Assembly: GCA_007376385.1 (NCBI GenBank)
Contig: VMGC01000002.1
Span: forward strand, 64,001 to 128,000
From: Parcubacteria group bacterium Gr01-1014_8
GTDB lineage: Bacteria > Patescibacteriota > Minisyncoccia > Phycocordibacterales > UBA2100
Length of the DNA: 64,000 nt
Direction: 5' to 3'
A program made the position numbers and the translations under genes. The first letter of the stretch is position 1; each line of letters starts with the position of its first letter. Shown here in pieces: positions 49,126 through 57,059 of this stretch. The notes beneath the pieces are model-generated. The model was not told the origin of the DNA. It did not search any database and saw nothing but the letters and a program-made list of their open reading frames with translations.

Positions 49126-50160
49126 TTGCTCGTCTCTCGTGTTATCGTGCGCAAAATGAAAAACTTCTGGGACACATTGCCGCGCCCTTTTTTCATACAG
49201 GCGCCGATGGAGGATGTGACGGACGCCGCTTTTCGGCGTCTCATCGCACGTTATGGCAAACCGGATGTGATGTTCACAGAGTTCACTTCAGCGGATGGTC
49301 TCGTTCTTGCACCACCTTCAGGACAGAAGATACTGCGGAAAAAGTTGGCGTTTGATGAGAGCGAGAGGCCTGTTGTTGCGCAATTATTTAGCGCGATGCC
49401 GGAGCGTATGGAAAAAGCTGCGGAATTGATAACCGAACTCGGATTCGACGGACTCGATATAAATATGGGTTGTCCAGTGGATGAGGTCGTGAAAAGCGGG
49501 GCAGGGGCCGCACTCATCAACGACCACGAGCTTGCGAGAGAGTTGGTTCGCGCGGCTGACCGAGGGCTCCGATCCGCCGGCCGGCGGATGCCTATCTCGA
49601 TAAAAACACGGATCGGGTATCGCGAAAATGAGCTTGCGTCGTGGCTGCCCGTTCTTTTAGAAGTGGAACCGGCGATGGTGGCAATTCATGCTCGAACTCG
49701 AAACGAAATGTCTGCAGTGCCTGCCAGATGGGACACGGTGAAGGAGGCAGTTCATATTCGAGACCGGCTCGGCTCGAAGACTTTTATTGTCGGCAACGGT
49801 GACGTACGGGATATTTCTCACGCGCGGGAACGCATAAAAGAAAGCGGCGCCGATGGTGTGATGCTCGGGCGAGCTATTTACGGAAATCCTTGGTTGTATT
49901 CAGGCCGGACGGATGCACCGTCCCCGAAAGAGCGCATCAACGCGCTCCTTGAACACCTCTCACTATTCGAAGAATTGATGCAGGGGACAACGAACTATGC
50001 GACCATGAAAAAGCATTTCAAGGCGTACATTTCTGGCTGGCCTGCCTGCCGCGACGAGCACGGCGCAGGCAGGGACGGCGCGAAAGATCTGCGGGTGAGG
50101 CTTATGGAGACGGAAGCGATATCGCAAGCAAGAGAAATTCTTACTGGCGACGTAGAGTGA
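49126..50160 (+). CDS. tRNA-dihydrouridine synthase (Dus family)
   Basis: 'PFFIQAPMEDVTDAAFRRL', 'DINMGCPVDEVVKSGAGAAL'. Confidence 0.8.
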   Translation: MLVSRVIVRKMKNFWDTLPRPFFIQAPMEDVTDAAFRRLIARYGKPDVMFTEFTSADGLVLAPPSGQKILRKKLAFDESERPVVAQLFSAMPERMEKAAELITELGFDGLDINMGCPVDEVVKSGAGAALINDHELARELVRAADRGLRSAGRRMPISIKTRIGYRENELASWLPVLLEVEPAMVAIHARTRNEMSAVPARWDTVKEAVHIRDRLGSKTFIVGNGDVRDISHARERIKESGADGVMLGRAIYGNPWLYSGRTDAPSPKERINALLEHLSLFEELMQGTTNYATMKKHFKAYISGWPACRDEHGAGRDGAKDLRVRLMETEAISQAREILTGDVE

Positions 50161-50164
50161 GAGC

Positions 50165-50188
50165 AGAGAACATGTACTCATGTTCTCT
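50165..50188 (+). terminator. Perfect 10-bp-stem hairpin agagaacatg-tact-catgttctct, 5 nt after the dus stop; forms the 5' part of conserved-element copy 3
   Basis: Seen directly. Followed by a pyrimidine-rich tract. Confidence 0.5.
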
Positions 50189-50210
50189 TCCGAGCCGAGG
50201 AGTCAGAAAC
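50171..50210 (+). repeat. Conserved ~40-nt element, copy 3 (catgtactcatgttctcTTCCGAGCCGAGGAGTCAGaaac)
   Basis: See 1729 and 13437. Confidence 0.6.
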
Positions 50211-50232
50211 TAGAGCCAGTTTACCAGTGATA

Positions 50233-50332
50233 TACCCCGTGAGATATAAACCTGTATGTCGCACTCTCGGCGCTCAATTTTGAGAAGATGTGACGCTATA
50301 GGCGGATAGAGCCGGACTATCTCATGGGGTAT
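50233..50332. repeat. Inverted-repeat pair unit U6 (TACCCCGTGAGATA ... 72 bp ... TATCTCATGGGGTA), 9 nt upstream of the dnaX ATG
   Basis: Seen directly. There is no divergent gene on the left side. Confidence 0.65.
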
Positions 50333-50341
50333 ACTCCTTCC

Positions 50342-51424
50342 ATGACTGCAAAAACCGAGACGAAACACACGACTCTCTACCGCGCGTACAGGCCGCGGAC
50401 TTTTGGGGAAACGCACGGGCAGGAGCATATCGTAAAAGTCTTAGAGGCGGAAATAAAACAGAAAAAACCTGCGCATGCGTATTTATTCGTCGGAAGCAGA
50501 GGGACGGGGAAGACAACATTTGCACGCATTCTTGCGCGAGAGCTTGGAGTAACAGATAAGGATTTGTACGAGATGGATGCCGCATCGCATACCGGGGTAG
50601 AAAACATCCGAGAACTTCGCGAAGGCGCAAACGTAATGCCCTTCGAATCGCCGTATAAGTTCTATATTATTGACGAAGCACACATGCTCTCGAAGGGCGC
50701 ATGGAATGCGTTTTTAAAAACGCTTGAAGAGCCGCCTCCTCACGTCATTTTCGTTCTTGCGACGACAGACCGGGACAAAGTCCCTGACACAATTCAATCG
50801 CGTTGCGAGATATATTCCTTCAAACAGCCGACCCGCGAAGTATTAGCCCAGGTCGTTTCAGATGTGGCGAAGAAAGAAGGGTACTCGCTCGAATCATCAG
50901 CATCTGAATTAGTGGCGCTTCTCGCAGAAGGTTCGTTTCGAGATGCGCTCTCGATATTGCAGAAAGTGTTGGCAGTCTCGAAAGACCCCAGTGAGACAGG
51001 AAAATTGTCTCACGGGGCAGGTAAGAAAGTTACAGTGGCGGAGGTTGAGGAGGTCTCAGGAGCTCCGCGAGGCGAACTCGTGCGCCGTCTCTTGAAGGGA
51101 TTGTCGGAGAAGAATGCAAAAGATTCGCTTTCGGCCATACAAGAAGCTGTTGATGAGAATCTGGACGCTCGCACGCTTGCAAAATTGTTGATACATCGAA
51201 TGCGCGTAGTGCTGCTACTTCGCTATGCACCTGATCTGGCGGGATCTTTTTCCAAAGAACTTACCGACGCTGATCTCGCGCTTGCTAAGGAAATCTCAAA
51301 AAATCCAGGCGTGACCTCTGAAACATTGCGAATGCTTCTTGAGGCGTACGGAGCAATGGCATACGCAGCGGTCCAACACTTACCACTTGAGCTCTCAGTC
51401 ATTGATATATGCGGCCGCGAATAA
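50342..51424 (+). CDS. dnaX: DNA polymerase III subunit gamma/tau, short form
   Basis: 'LYRAYRPRTFGE', P-loop 'GSRGTGKTT', 'DEAHML'. The MGYTPS extension lies inside the IR motif. Confidence 0.8.
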   Translation: MTAKTETKHTTLYRAYRPRTFGETHGQEHIVKVLEAEIKQKKPAHAYLFVGSRGTGKTTFARILARELGVTDKDLYEMDAASHTGVENIRELREGANVMPFESPYKFYIIDEAHMLSKGAWNAFLKTLEEPPPHVIFVLATTDRDKVPDTIQSRCEIYSFKQPTREVLAQVVSDVAKKEGYSLESSASELVALLAEGSFRDALSILQKVLAVSKDPSETGKLSHGAGKKVTVAEVEEVSGAPRGELVRRLLKGLSEKNAKDSLSAIQEAVDENLDARTLAKLLIHRMRVVLLLRYAPDLAGSFSKELTDADLALAKEISKNPGVTSETLRMLLEAYGAMAYAAVQHLPLELSVIDICGRE

Positions 51425-52194
51425 ATAAGAAACCGAAGAAAGCGAAAAAGGGAACGACGTGGGGCCACGTTGCGAATTGGTATCACGAACATGTCTCAGA
51501 GTCCGAAGATACCTATCATGAGCAAGTCATCAAGCCCGGGCTGCTGTCGGCTCTTGGCGGTCTGCGAGGTAAGCACGTGCTTGATGTAGCCTGCGGGCAA
51601 GGATTCTTTTCGCGCGCTCTTCAAAAAGAAGGAGCTCAGGTTACCGGAATTGATATAGCGCCGGAATTGATAGATATCGCGAAAAAGGCAGGTCCTGCTG
51701 ATATCGCATATGTTGTTGCGTCAGCAGATAGAATTCCTCTTTCAGATGTTACCTACGACATCGCCATCTGTGTGCTCGCGCTTCAAAATATCAAGAATCT
51801 TTCAGGAACGCTTGAACAAGTATCGAAGCTTTTGAAGAAGGGAGGCGTATTTGCGATAGTGTTGAATCATCCTGCCTTTCGCATCCCGCGGCGCTCTTCG
51901 TGGGGATATGATCCAGACATCAAAGTTCAGTTCCGCAGATTGGATGGGTACTTTTCGGAAAGTTCTCATATGATACAGATGCATCCCGGCTCTGATCCGA
52001 GTGCGACGACTCTTTCCTATCACCGCCCGCTTCAAACGTATGTGGCAGCGTTGGCAAAGCATGGTTTTTCCATCGTTGGTCTTGAAGAGTGGGTGTCGCA
52101 CCGCAAAAGCGAGAAAGGACCCCGCTCGGAAGCGGAAGATAGGTCTCGAAAAGAGTTTCCACTTTTCCTTATGTTGAAAGCGCGCAAAGACTGA
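51409..52194 (+). CDS. Class I SAM-dependent methyltransferase
   Basis: Motif I 'VLDVACGQGFFS', 'GIDIAPELI'. Confidence 0.6.
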   Translation: MRPRINKKPKKAKKGTTWGHVANWYHEHVSESEDTYHEQVIKPGLLSALGGLRGKHVLDVACGQGFFSRALQKEGAQVTGIDIAPELIDIAKKAGPADIAYVVASADRIPLSDVTYDIAICVLALQNIKNLSGTLEQVSKLLKKGGVFAIVLNHPAFRIPRRSSWGYDPDIKVQFRRLDGYFSESSHMIQMHPGSDPSATTLSYHRPLQTYVAALAKHGFSIVGLEEWVSHRKSEKGPRSEAEDRSRKEFPLFLMLKARKD

Positions 52195-52323
52195 TTGCTA
52201 AAAGGACAAAATATTCGTACCATCGAGTGCACTGCCGGACTAACCTCATGGTGGGATTGAAAAAAGAATTTGATTGCATATCACGCAGGGTCCGCAGGAA
52301 TCGTCGTTCTTTGCGCGCAGTGT

Positions 52324-52394
52324 TGCCGGATCGTCTAACGGTAGGACACTGCCCTTTGGAGGCAGGTATCTTGGTTCGATTCCAAGTCCGGCAA
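52324..52394 (+). tRNA. tRNA-Gln (anticodon TTG)
   Basis: U1-A72 acceptor TGCCGGA/TCCGGCA, anticodon arm CTGCC-cTTTGGa-GGCAG, T-arm CTTGGTTCGATTCCAAG. Confidence 0.8.
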
Positions 52395-52509
52395 CAATGT
52401 GCGCAAAGAGACGATAGGAGAGCCCTTTTGGAGAAATTCCGGCCGAAATTTTCTTGACACATACTGATCAGAGGTTACTCTTCGGTTATATCAGTTTACG
52501 AACATTTTT

Positions 52510-52935
52510 ATGTACAACCTCACCGTTACATCCGCGCTCCAGTTCAATGTGATCCTTGATAACGTCCCGGGGTCACTTGCGAAGATAGCAAAGGCCCTTG
52601 CCGGCGCTGGAGTCAATATAGAATCAGTAAGTCACACAGCCGAGGGAACTGGCGGAAAGGCAACACTACGGTTGGTTGCAGACGATCAAGCGGCGGCAAA
52701 GCAAGCTCTAACGAGTGCCGGTAATTCATTCACGGAAGAAGATATTCTTCTCATTACATGCCCGCAAAACAAACCAGGAACTCTTGCGGCTATCGCACAA
52801 GCTTTTGGTGATGCTGGGATCAATCTCGAGGATGTCTACTATTCTTCTTCGGCAACGCAGGCGAACACAGTCGTCTGTGTTCAGGTCAGCAAGGAAGATC
52901 TTGCAAAGGCGGGCGAGATTGCGAAGAGTCTCTAA
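52510..52935 (+). CDS. Tandem ACT-domain protein
   Basis: Two ~65-aa beta-alpha-beta-beta-alpha-beta ACT-like repeats (..NVPGSLAKIAKALAGAGVNIES.. ; ..NKPGTLAAIAQAFGDAGINLED..). Confidence 0.55.
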   Translation: MYNLTVTSALQFNVILDNVPGSLAKIAKALAGAGVNIESVSHTAEGTGGKATLRLVADDQAAAKQALTSAGNSFTEEDILLITCPQNKPGTLAAIAQAFGDAGINLEDVYYSSSATQANTVVCVQVSKEDLAKAGEIAKSL

Positions 52936-52958
52936 AGAGACTGTGTTACACTGGGCGC

Positions 52959-53354
52959 ATGAAAGGATACGTTGCAAATATCGAAAAGGCTGCTCTTGAG
53001 AACGAATCGTTTCGGAAGGTGCTCTATACTGCAAAAAATTGCCAGCTTGTCGTGATGAGCTTGCGGCCGGGAGAGGATATAGGCGAGGAGGTTCATCAGC
53101 TTGACCAGTTTCTGCGGATCGAGTCTGGCGAAGGGAAGACAATTCTGGACGGTGTCGAGTACGACATTGCGGATGGCTCGGCGGCGGTTGTGCCTGCGGG
53201 AACAAAACACAACATACTGAACACATCCACTAACAAGAAGATGAAGATCTATTCGATCTATGCGCCGCCAAATCATCGCCGCGATGTTGTGCACGAGACG
53301 AAGCAACAGGCGGAGGAAGACGATGAACACTTTGACGGAATAACTACAGAATGA
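52959..53354 (+). CDS. Cupin-domain protein
   Basis: 'LVVMSLRPGEDIGEEVH' and 'VVPAGTKHNILN' cupin motifs 1 and 2. Confidence 0.6.
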   Translation: MKGYVANIEKAALENESFRKVLYTAKNCQLVVMSLRPGEDIGEEVHQLDQFLRIESGEGKTILDGVEYDIADGSAAVVPAGTKHNILNTSTNKKMKIYSIYAPPNHRRDVVHETKQQAEEDDEHFDGITTE

Positions 53355-53358
53355 AGGT

Positions 53359-53607
53359 ATGTTGCCTATTTTGGTTCCTCGGCTCGGAATTGAAAATGAA
53401 TACACTTTCACTTCACTCGCAACGCTCGCCAATAAATATATGGAAAAGATAAAAATTGAACATCACACACTATCAGGAGGTCTCTGGATAGGGGCGTGGC
53501 TGTTCACGATCGGTTTTTTGCACCTAACATTTTGGAAAGGTGTTCTCGCCGTCGTGATATGGCCGTACTACCTCGGTGTTGCATTCGGCGGCTGGGTCCA
53601 CATATGA
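53359..53607 (+). CDS. Small hypothetical membrane protein
   Basis: Two TM segments; immediately upstream of nirK. Confidence 0.3.
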   Translation: MLPILVPRLGIENEYTFTSLATLANKYMEKIKIEHHTLSGGLWIGAWLFTIGFLHLTFWKGVLAVVIWPYYLGVAFGGWVHI

Positions 53608-53632
53608 AGTATTTGAGACAGTGCATTATTCT

Positions 53633-54871
53633 ATGAGTCAAATAATTCAAGCGTGGTCGCTCATTTATTCCCTGATAATTCAGGGTTTTGGGCTTGTGCT
53701 CGCGGGAATCGCCGCCGTCATCTTTTTATACGTTGTATTGCGCAAGCATCATTCATTTCGAGATACCATGCTCCTTGGTATCTTTTTTGCTGGAGCGATG
53801 CTTTTCTTTTGGTTTCCGATAGGAGTTCCGAAAAATCTTACGTATCCGTTCGGCTTGACCACGTATGGTCCTGCAGAAGGTCCTTCGCTGCCCTTAAAGA
53901 ATGTTTTTACATTTTTTTGGCATTTAGACTCATTTGAACGCGTTTCTGATATCGCTCGTTCACCGCTTGATGTGCCGCCGCCAACCGGCAGAACCGAAGC
54001 ATCGGACGTTTCCATCGAACTCACAACAAAAGAAGTACTCTCAGAGATTGCGCCCGGTGTTTTGGTTAACTATTGGACGTTCGACGGGACTGTGCCAGGG
54101 CCAATGCTTCGCGTACGAGAGGGGGATACTGTCTCGCTTACCCTTCATAACGACCAGTCGAGCTTGCATATGCATAGCATAGACTTACATGCGGTAACGG
54201 GCCCGGGAGGAGGCGCGACGGTGACCGATGTGATGCCGGGGGAAAGTAAGACGATGCGGTTCAAGGCTTTGAATCCCGGGCTTTATATTTATCACTGCGC
54301 CCACCCGAATGTGGCAAACCACATGTCGCACGGCATGTACGGACTTATTTTGGTTGAGCCAAAAGACGGATTACCGCAGGTGGATAAAGAGCTGTATGTT
54401 GTGCAGGGGGAGTTCTATACCGCGGCAGAGCGGGGAACCAAGGGCCTTCAGGCCATGGATGCGGGAAAGTTGCTCGACGGTATTCCTGAGTACATCGTTT
54501 TCAACGGACGAACGGGAGCGATCTCAAAAGACCGCGTTGTTGTGACCCAGGGCGAAAAAGTGCGAATGTATGTAGGAAATGGCGGCGTAAATCTCGTGTC
54601 ATCATTCCATCTCATAGGCGAGATATTTGATACGGTCTATCCAGAAGCCGCAATGGGGAGTGAGCCGCACAAGAATGTGCAAAGCACGATTGTTCCGGCT
54701 GGCGGGGCAACCATTGTCGAATTTACGGCAGATGTGCCGGGCACGTATGTGTTAGTTGACCATGCGCTTGCACGATTGGATAAAGGTGCATGGGGCACGT
54801 TATCTATCGTCGGCGATGCGCGTCCAGATATATTTTTCGGGACGCCGAGCGACCATCCTTCTGGACACTAG
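53633..54871 (+). CDS. nirK: Copper-containing nitrite reductase (NirK-type two-domain multicopper oxidase) with N-terminal TM anchor
   Basis: 'HNDQSSLHMHSIDLHAVTGPGGG' (resembles NirK HNIDFHAATG) and 'YIYHCAHPNVANHMSHGMYG' type-1 Cu Cys/His/Met region. Confidence 0.7.
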   Translation: MSQIIQAWSLIYSLIIQGFGLVLAGIAAVIFLYVVLRKHHSFRDTMLLGIFFAGAMLFFWFPIGVPKNLTYPFGLTTYGPAEGPSLPLKNVFTFFWHLDSFERVSDIARSPLDVPPPTGRTEASDVSIELTTKEVLSEIAPGVLVNYWTFDGTVPGPMLRVREGDTVSLTLHNDQSSLHMHSIDLHAVTGPGGGATVTDVMPGESKTMRFKALNPGLYIYHCAHPNVANHMSHGMYGLILVEPKDGLPQVDKELYVVQGEFYTAAERGTKGLQAMDAGKLLDGIPEYIVFNGRTGAISKDRVVVTQGEKVRMYVGNGGVNLVSSFHLIGEIFDTVYPEAAMGSEPHKNVQSTIVPAGGATIVEFTADVPGTYVLVDHALARLDKGAWGTLSIVGDARPDIFFGTPSDHPSGH

Positions 54872-55368
54872 AGTATTATCTCTGTATTTGGGAGTTTAGG
54901 ACGGATGACCTCGAGATCTTGAGTAGAGATGTTATTTCCCGACAGGTCAAGTTTTTGTAAATTACGCAGGTTTCCAAGCTCATGCGGGATGCCTGTCAGT
55001 TGATTGTTCGATGCGTCCAGAACGCGCAATTTTGAAAGCTGGCCAAGCTCCGCAGGAAGTCCGGTCATTTTATTGTTGCTAATATCCAATACTTCGAGAT
55101 CTTGCAGATGGCGTATCTCTGCGGGGAGCGCCCCCTCGAGTTGATTATGTGATAGATCTAACTGTGTAAGGTACGTGAGTTCAAGGATCTCTTTTGGAAT
55201 GCTCGTAAGCCCCTCATCCGCGCGGTTCAATGTTCGCTGCATGGAAACATCCTCCGCCTTTTTGATAACAGAAGGAATGTCTACGCCAACTTTTTGTCCA
55301 GTTGTTCCGTAGTAATATGCACTCGCAGCAACGATGATGAGAACAAACACCAAAAGAAGTATTCGCAT
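54868..55368 (-). CDS. Leucine-rich-repeat protein with N-terminal TM anchor
   Basis: Several 'LxxLxLSxNxLxGxIP' repeats (LTQLDLSHNQLEGALP, LEVLDISNNKMTGLP, LRVLDASNNQLTGIP). Confidence 0.6.
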   Translation of the reverse strand: MRILLLVFVLIIVAASAYYYGTTGQKVGVDIPSVIKKAEDVSMQRTLNRADEGLTSIPKEILELTYLTQLDLSHNQLEGALPAEIRHLQDLEVLDISNNKMTGLPAELGQLSKLRVLDASNNQLTGIPHELGNLRNLQKLDLSGNNISTQDLEVIRPKLPNTEIIL

Positions 55369-55437
55369 GCGCTCACTGTACTCCGATCGAGCGTTTCCGC
55401 AAGAAACCGGGAAAAGACGCATGATATTCTTACCGAC

Positions 55438-56004
55438 GTGAAAGAAACAGTAGCAGTCATAGCGTCACTCCTTGCTATTGCGGGGAACATTCCGTATGTA
55501 CGGGATGTTGTTACTCGGCGCGTTGAACCTCATGCGTACACGTGGTTCGTTTGGTCCATAGTTTCCGGAGTGGTTTTTTTCGGTCAGCTCGCAAAAGGAG
55601 CGGGCGTCGGCGCGCTTCCTACGGCAGCATCGGAGATATTCACACTCATCATTTTTATGTTCTCGCTGAAATACGGCTTCAAGCACATTACACGGACAGA
55701 CACATTTTTTCTCGTTGCGGCGCTTCTTGGTCTCATACCGTGGGTACTGACAAAGGACCCGACGATTTCCGTTATCGTTGCTGTTTCAATTGATGTGATC
55801 GCGTTCATGCCGACCCTGCGAAAAACATGGGAAAAGCCGGACACAGAAACACCTATCCTGTACGGCGCGAACGTTATACGCCACATACTCGCTCTCTTTT
55901 CTATGCAAGCCTACAACATAGCGACGACATTGCATTCGATCGCAATGATCATAATGAACGCAATGATGACGTTGGTCGTTGTCGGATATAGAAAAAAGAA
56001 TTAA
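55438..56004 (+). CDS. Hypothetical polytopic membrane protein (GTG start assumed; the ORF-track ATG at 55294 would overlap the LRR gene)
   Basis: Six TM segments; no motif. Confidence 0.35.
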   Translation: MKETVAVIASLLAIAGNIPYVRDVVTRRVEPHAYTWFVWSIVSGVVFFGQLAKGAGVGALPTAASEIFTLIIFMFSLKYGFKHITRTDTFFLVAALLGLIPWVLTKDPTISVIVAVSIDVIAFMPTLRKTWEKPDTETPILYGANVIRHILALFSMQAYNIATTLHSIAMIIMNAMMTLVVVGYRKKN

Positions 56005-56015
56005 TAACGACGGAA

Positions 56016-56435
56016 ATGAACAGTGCAATAGCAAATAGGATGAAGCAGGTGTCGTTACACGGACGTGCGCTTGCCCTGATCGCAGTTCTGTTTTTTCTTA
56101 TTCATACATGGGCCTACGTGAATGAGGTGTATCACAATGTCCCGCGTGTCGATGTCCCCATACACATACTGTTCGGCGTATGGCTCGCGCTCTTGCTTCT
56201 CCATCCTATATTTCGAGAACGCCGCCTTACGTTGCCTGCAATTTTTGGAGCAGTCATGGTCGTAGGAGTAGGATGGGAATTCCTGGAATATATTTACGAT
56301 ACCGTTCTTACGATCCCTCGAGGACTCCCAACTGCGCAACATGGTGTCGCAGAGACAATACGGGACCTGCTCTGCAATGGCACTGGAGCAGCCGTGACCC
56401 TAACGTTTTTTCGATCTAAGAAATATTTCTGGTAG
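56016..56435 (+). CDS. Hypothetical membrane protein
   Basis: Three or four TM segments. Confidence 0.35.
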   Translation: MNSAIANRMKQVSLHGRALALIAVLFFLIHTWAYVNEVYHNVPRVDVPIHILFGVWLALLLLHPIFRERRLTLPAIFGAVMVVGVGWEFLEYIYDTVLTIPRGLPTAQHGVAETIRDLLCNGTGAAVTLTFFRSKKYFW

Positions 56436-56444
56436 AATCGCGAA

Positions 56445-56990
56445 ATGGATCTGCCTGGTCGCGAAGAAGCACAAACGCTTCTTGAAAAACATGTTCAAGA
56501 TGAGTACCAGCGCTATCATGCGTTGATGGTAGGTACGGCGATGGCGGGGTATGCAAGATTGCTCGAAGAAGATGAAGACCTCTGGTTTTTAACAGGATAC
56601 TTTCACGACATTGATTTTGATGAACATCCCGATAAACATCCGGGAGAATCATTGAAATGGTTCAAAGAGTGGGGTTATCCGGAGGAATTGATCCATGCGG
56701 TAGAGGCGCATGCATACGGGTACAACGGATTTACAACGCTGCCGAAAACAAAACTCGCGGCCGCCCTCATCGCATGCGACGAAATAAGTGGCATTTTTTA
56801 CGCATACCGAAAATTGAATCCCATACCCTTTGCACAGATGAAAGCAAGTTCGATAAAGAAGCGTCTCAATGAAAAAGCTTTCGCCGCTAACATAGACAGG
56901 GAAACGATCTATAGCGGCTGCAAAGCACTCGGGGTTTCTGTGGACGATCATGTGTTGAATTTGATACATTTTTTCTCGACGCTGCCTTAA
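56445..56990 (+). CDS. HD-domain phosphohydrolase
   Basis: 'HALMVGTAMA...GYFHDIDFDEH' H...HD motif. Confidence 0.65.
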   Translation: MDLPGREEAQTLLEKHVQDEYQRYHALMVGTAMAGYARLLEEDEDLWFLTGYFHDIDFDEHPDKHPGESLKWFKEWGYPEELIHAVEAHAYGYNGFTTLPKTKLAAALIACDEISGIFYAYRKLNPIPFAQMKASSIKKRLNEKAFAANIDRETIYSGCKALGVSVDDHVLNLIHFFSTLP

Positions 56991-57059
56991 AGGTCAGTTC
57001 TGATTTTTTAGTCTGGCGTGGTATTGTGCATTTGCAACATTCGTGTTGTATGTGATCCT

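Noticed and set aside
55294-55437. ATG start at 55294 for the polytopic membrane protein
   Set aside because: It would give ~75 nt of antisense overlap with the LRR gene and a non-membrane N-terminal 48 aa. An in-frame GTG at 55438 just before the first TM segment is more plausible, though uncertain.
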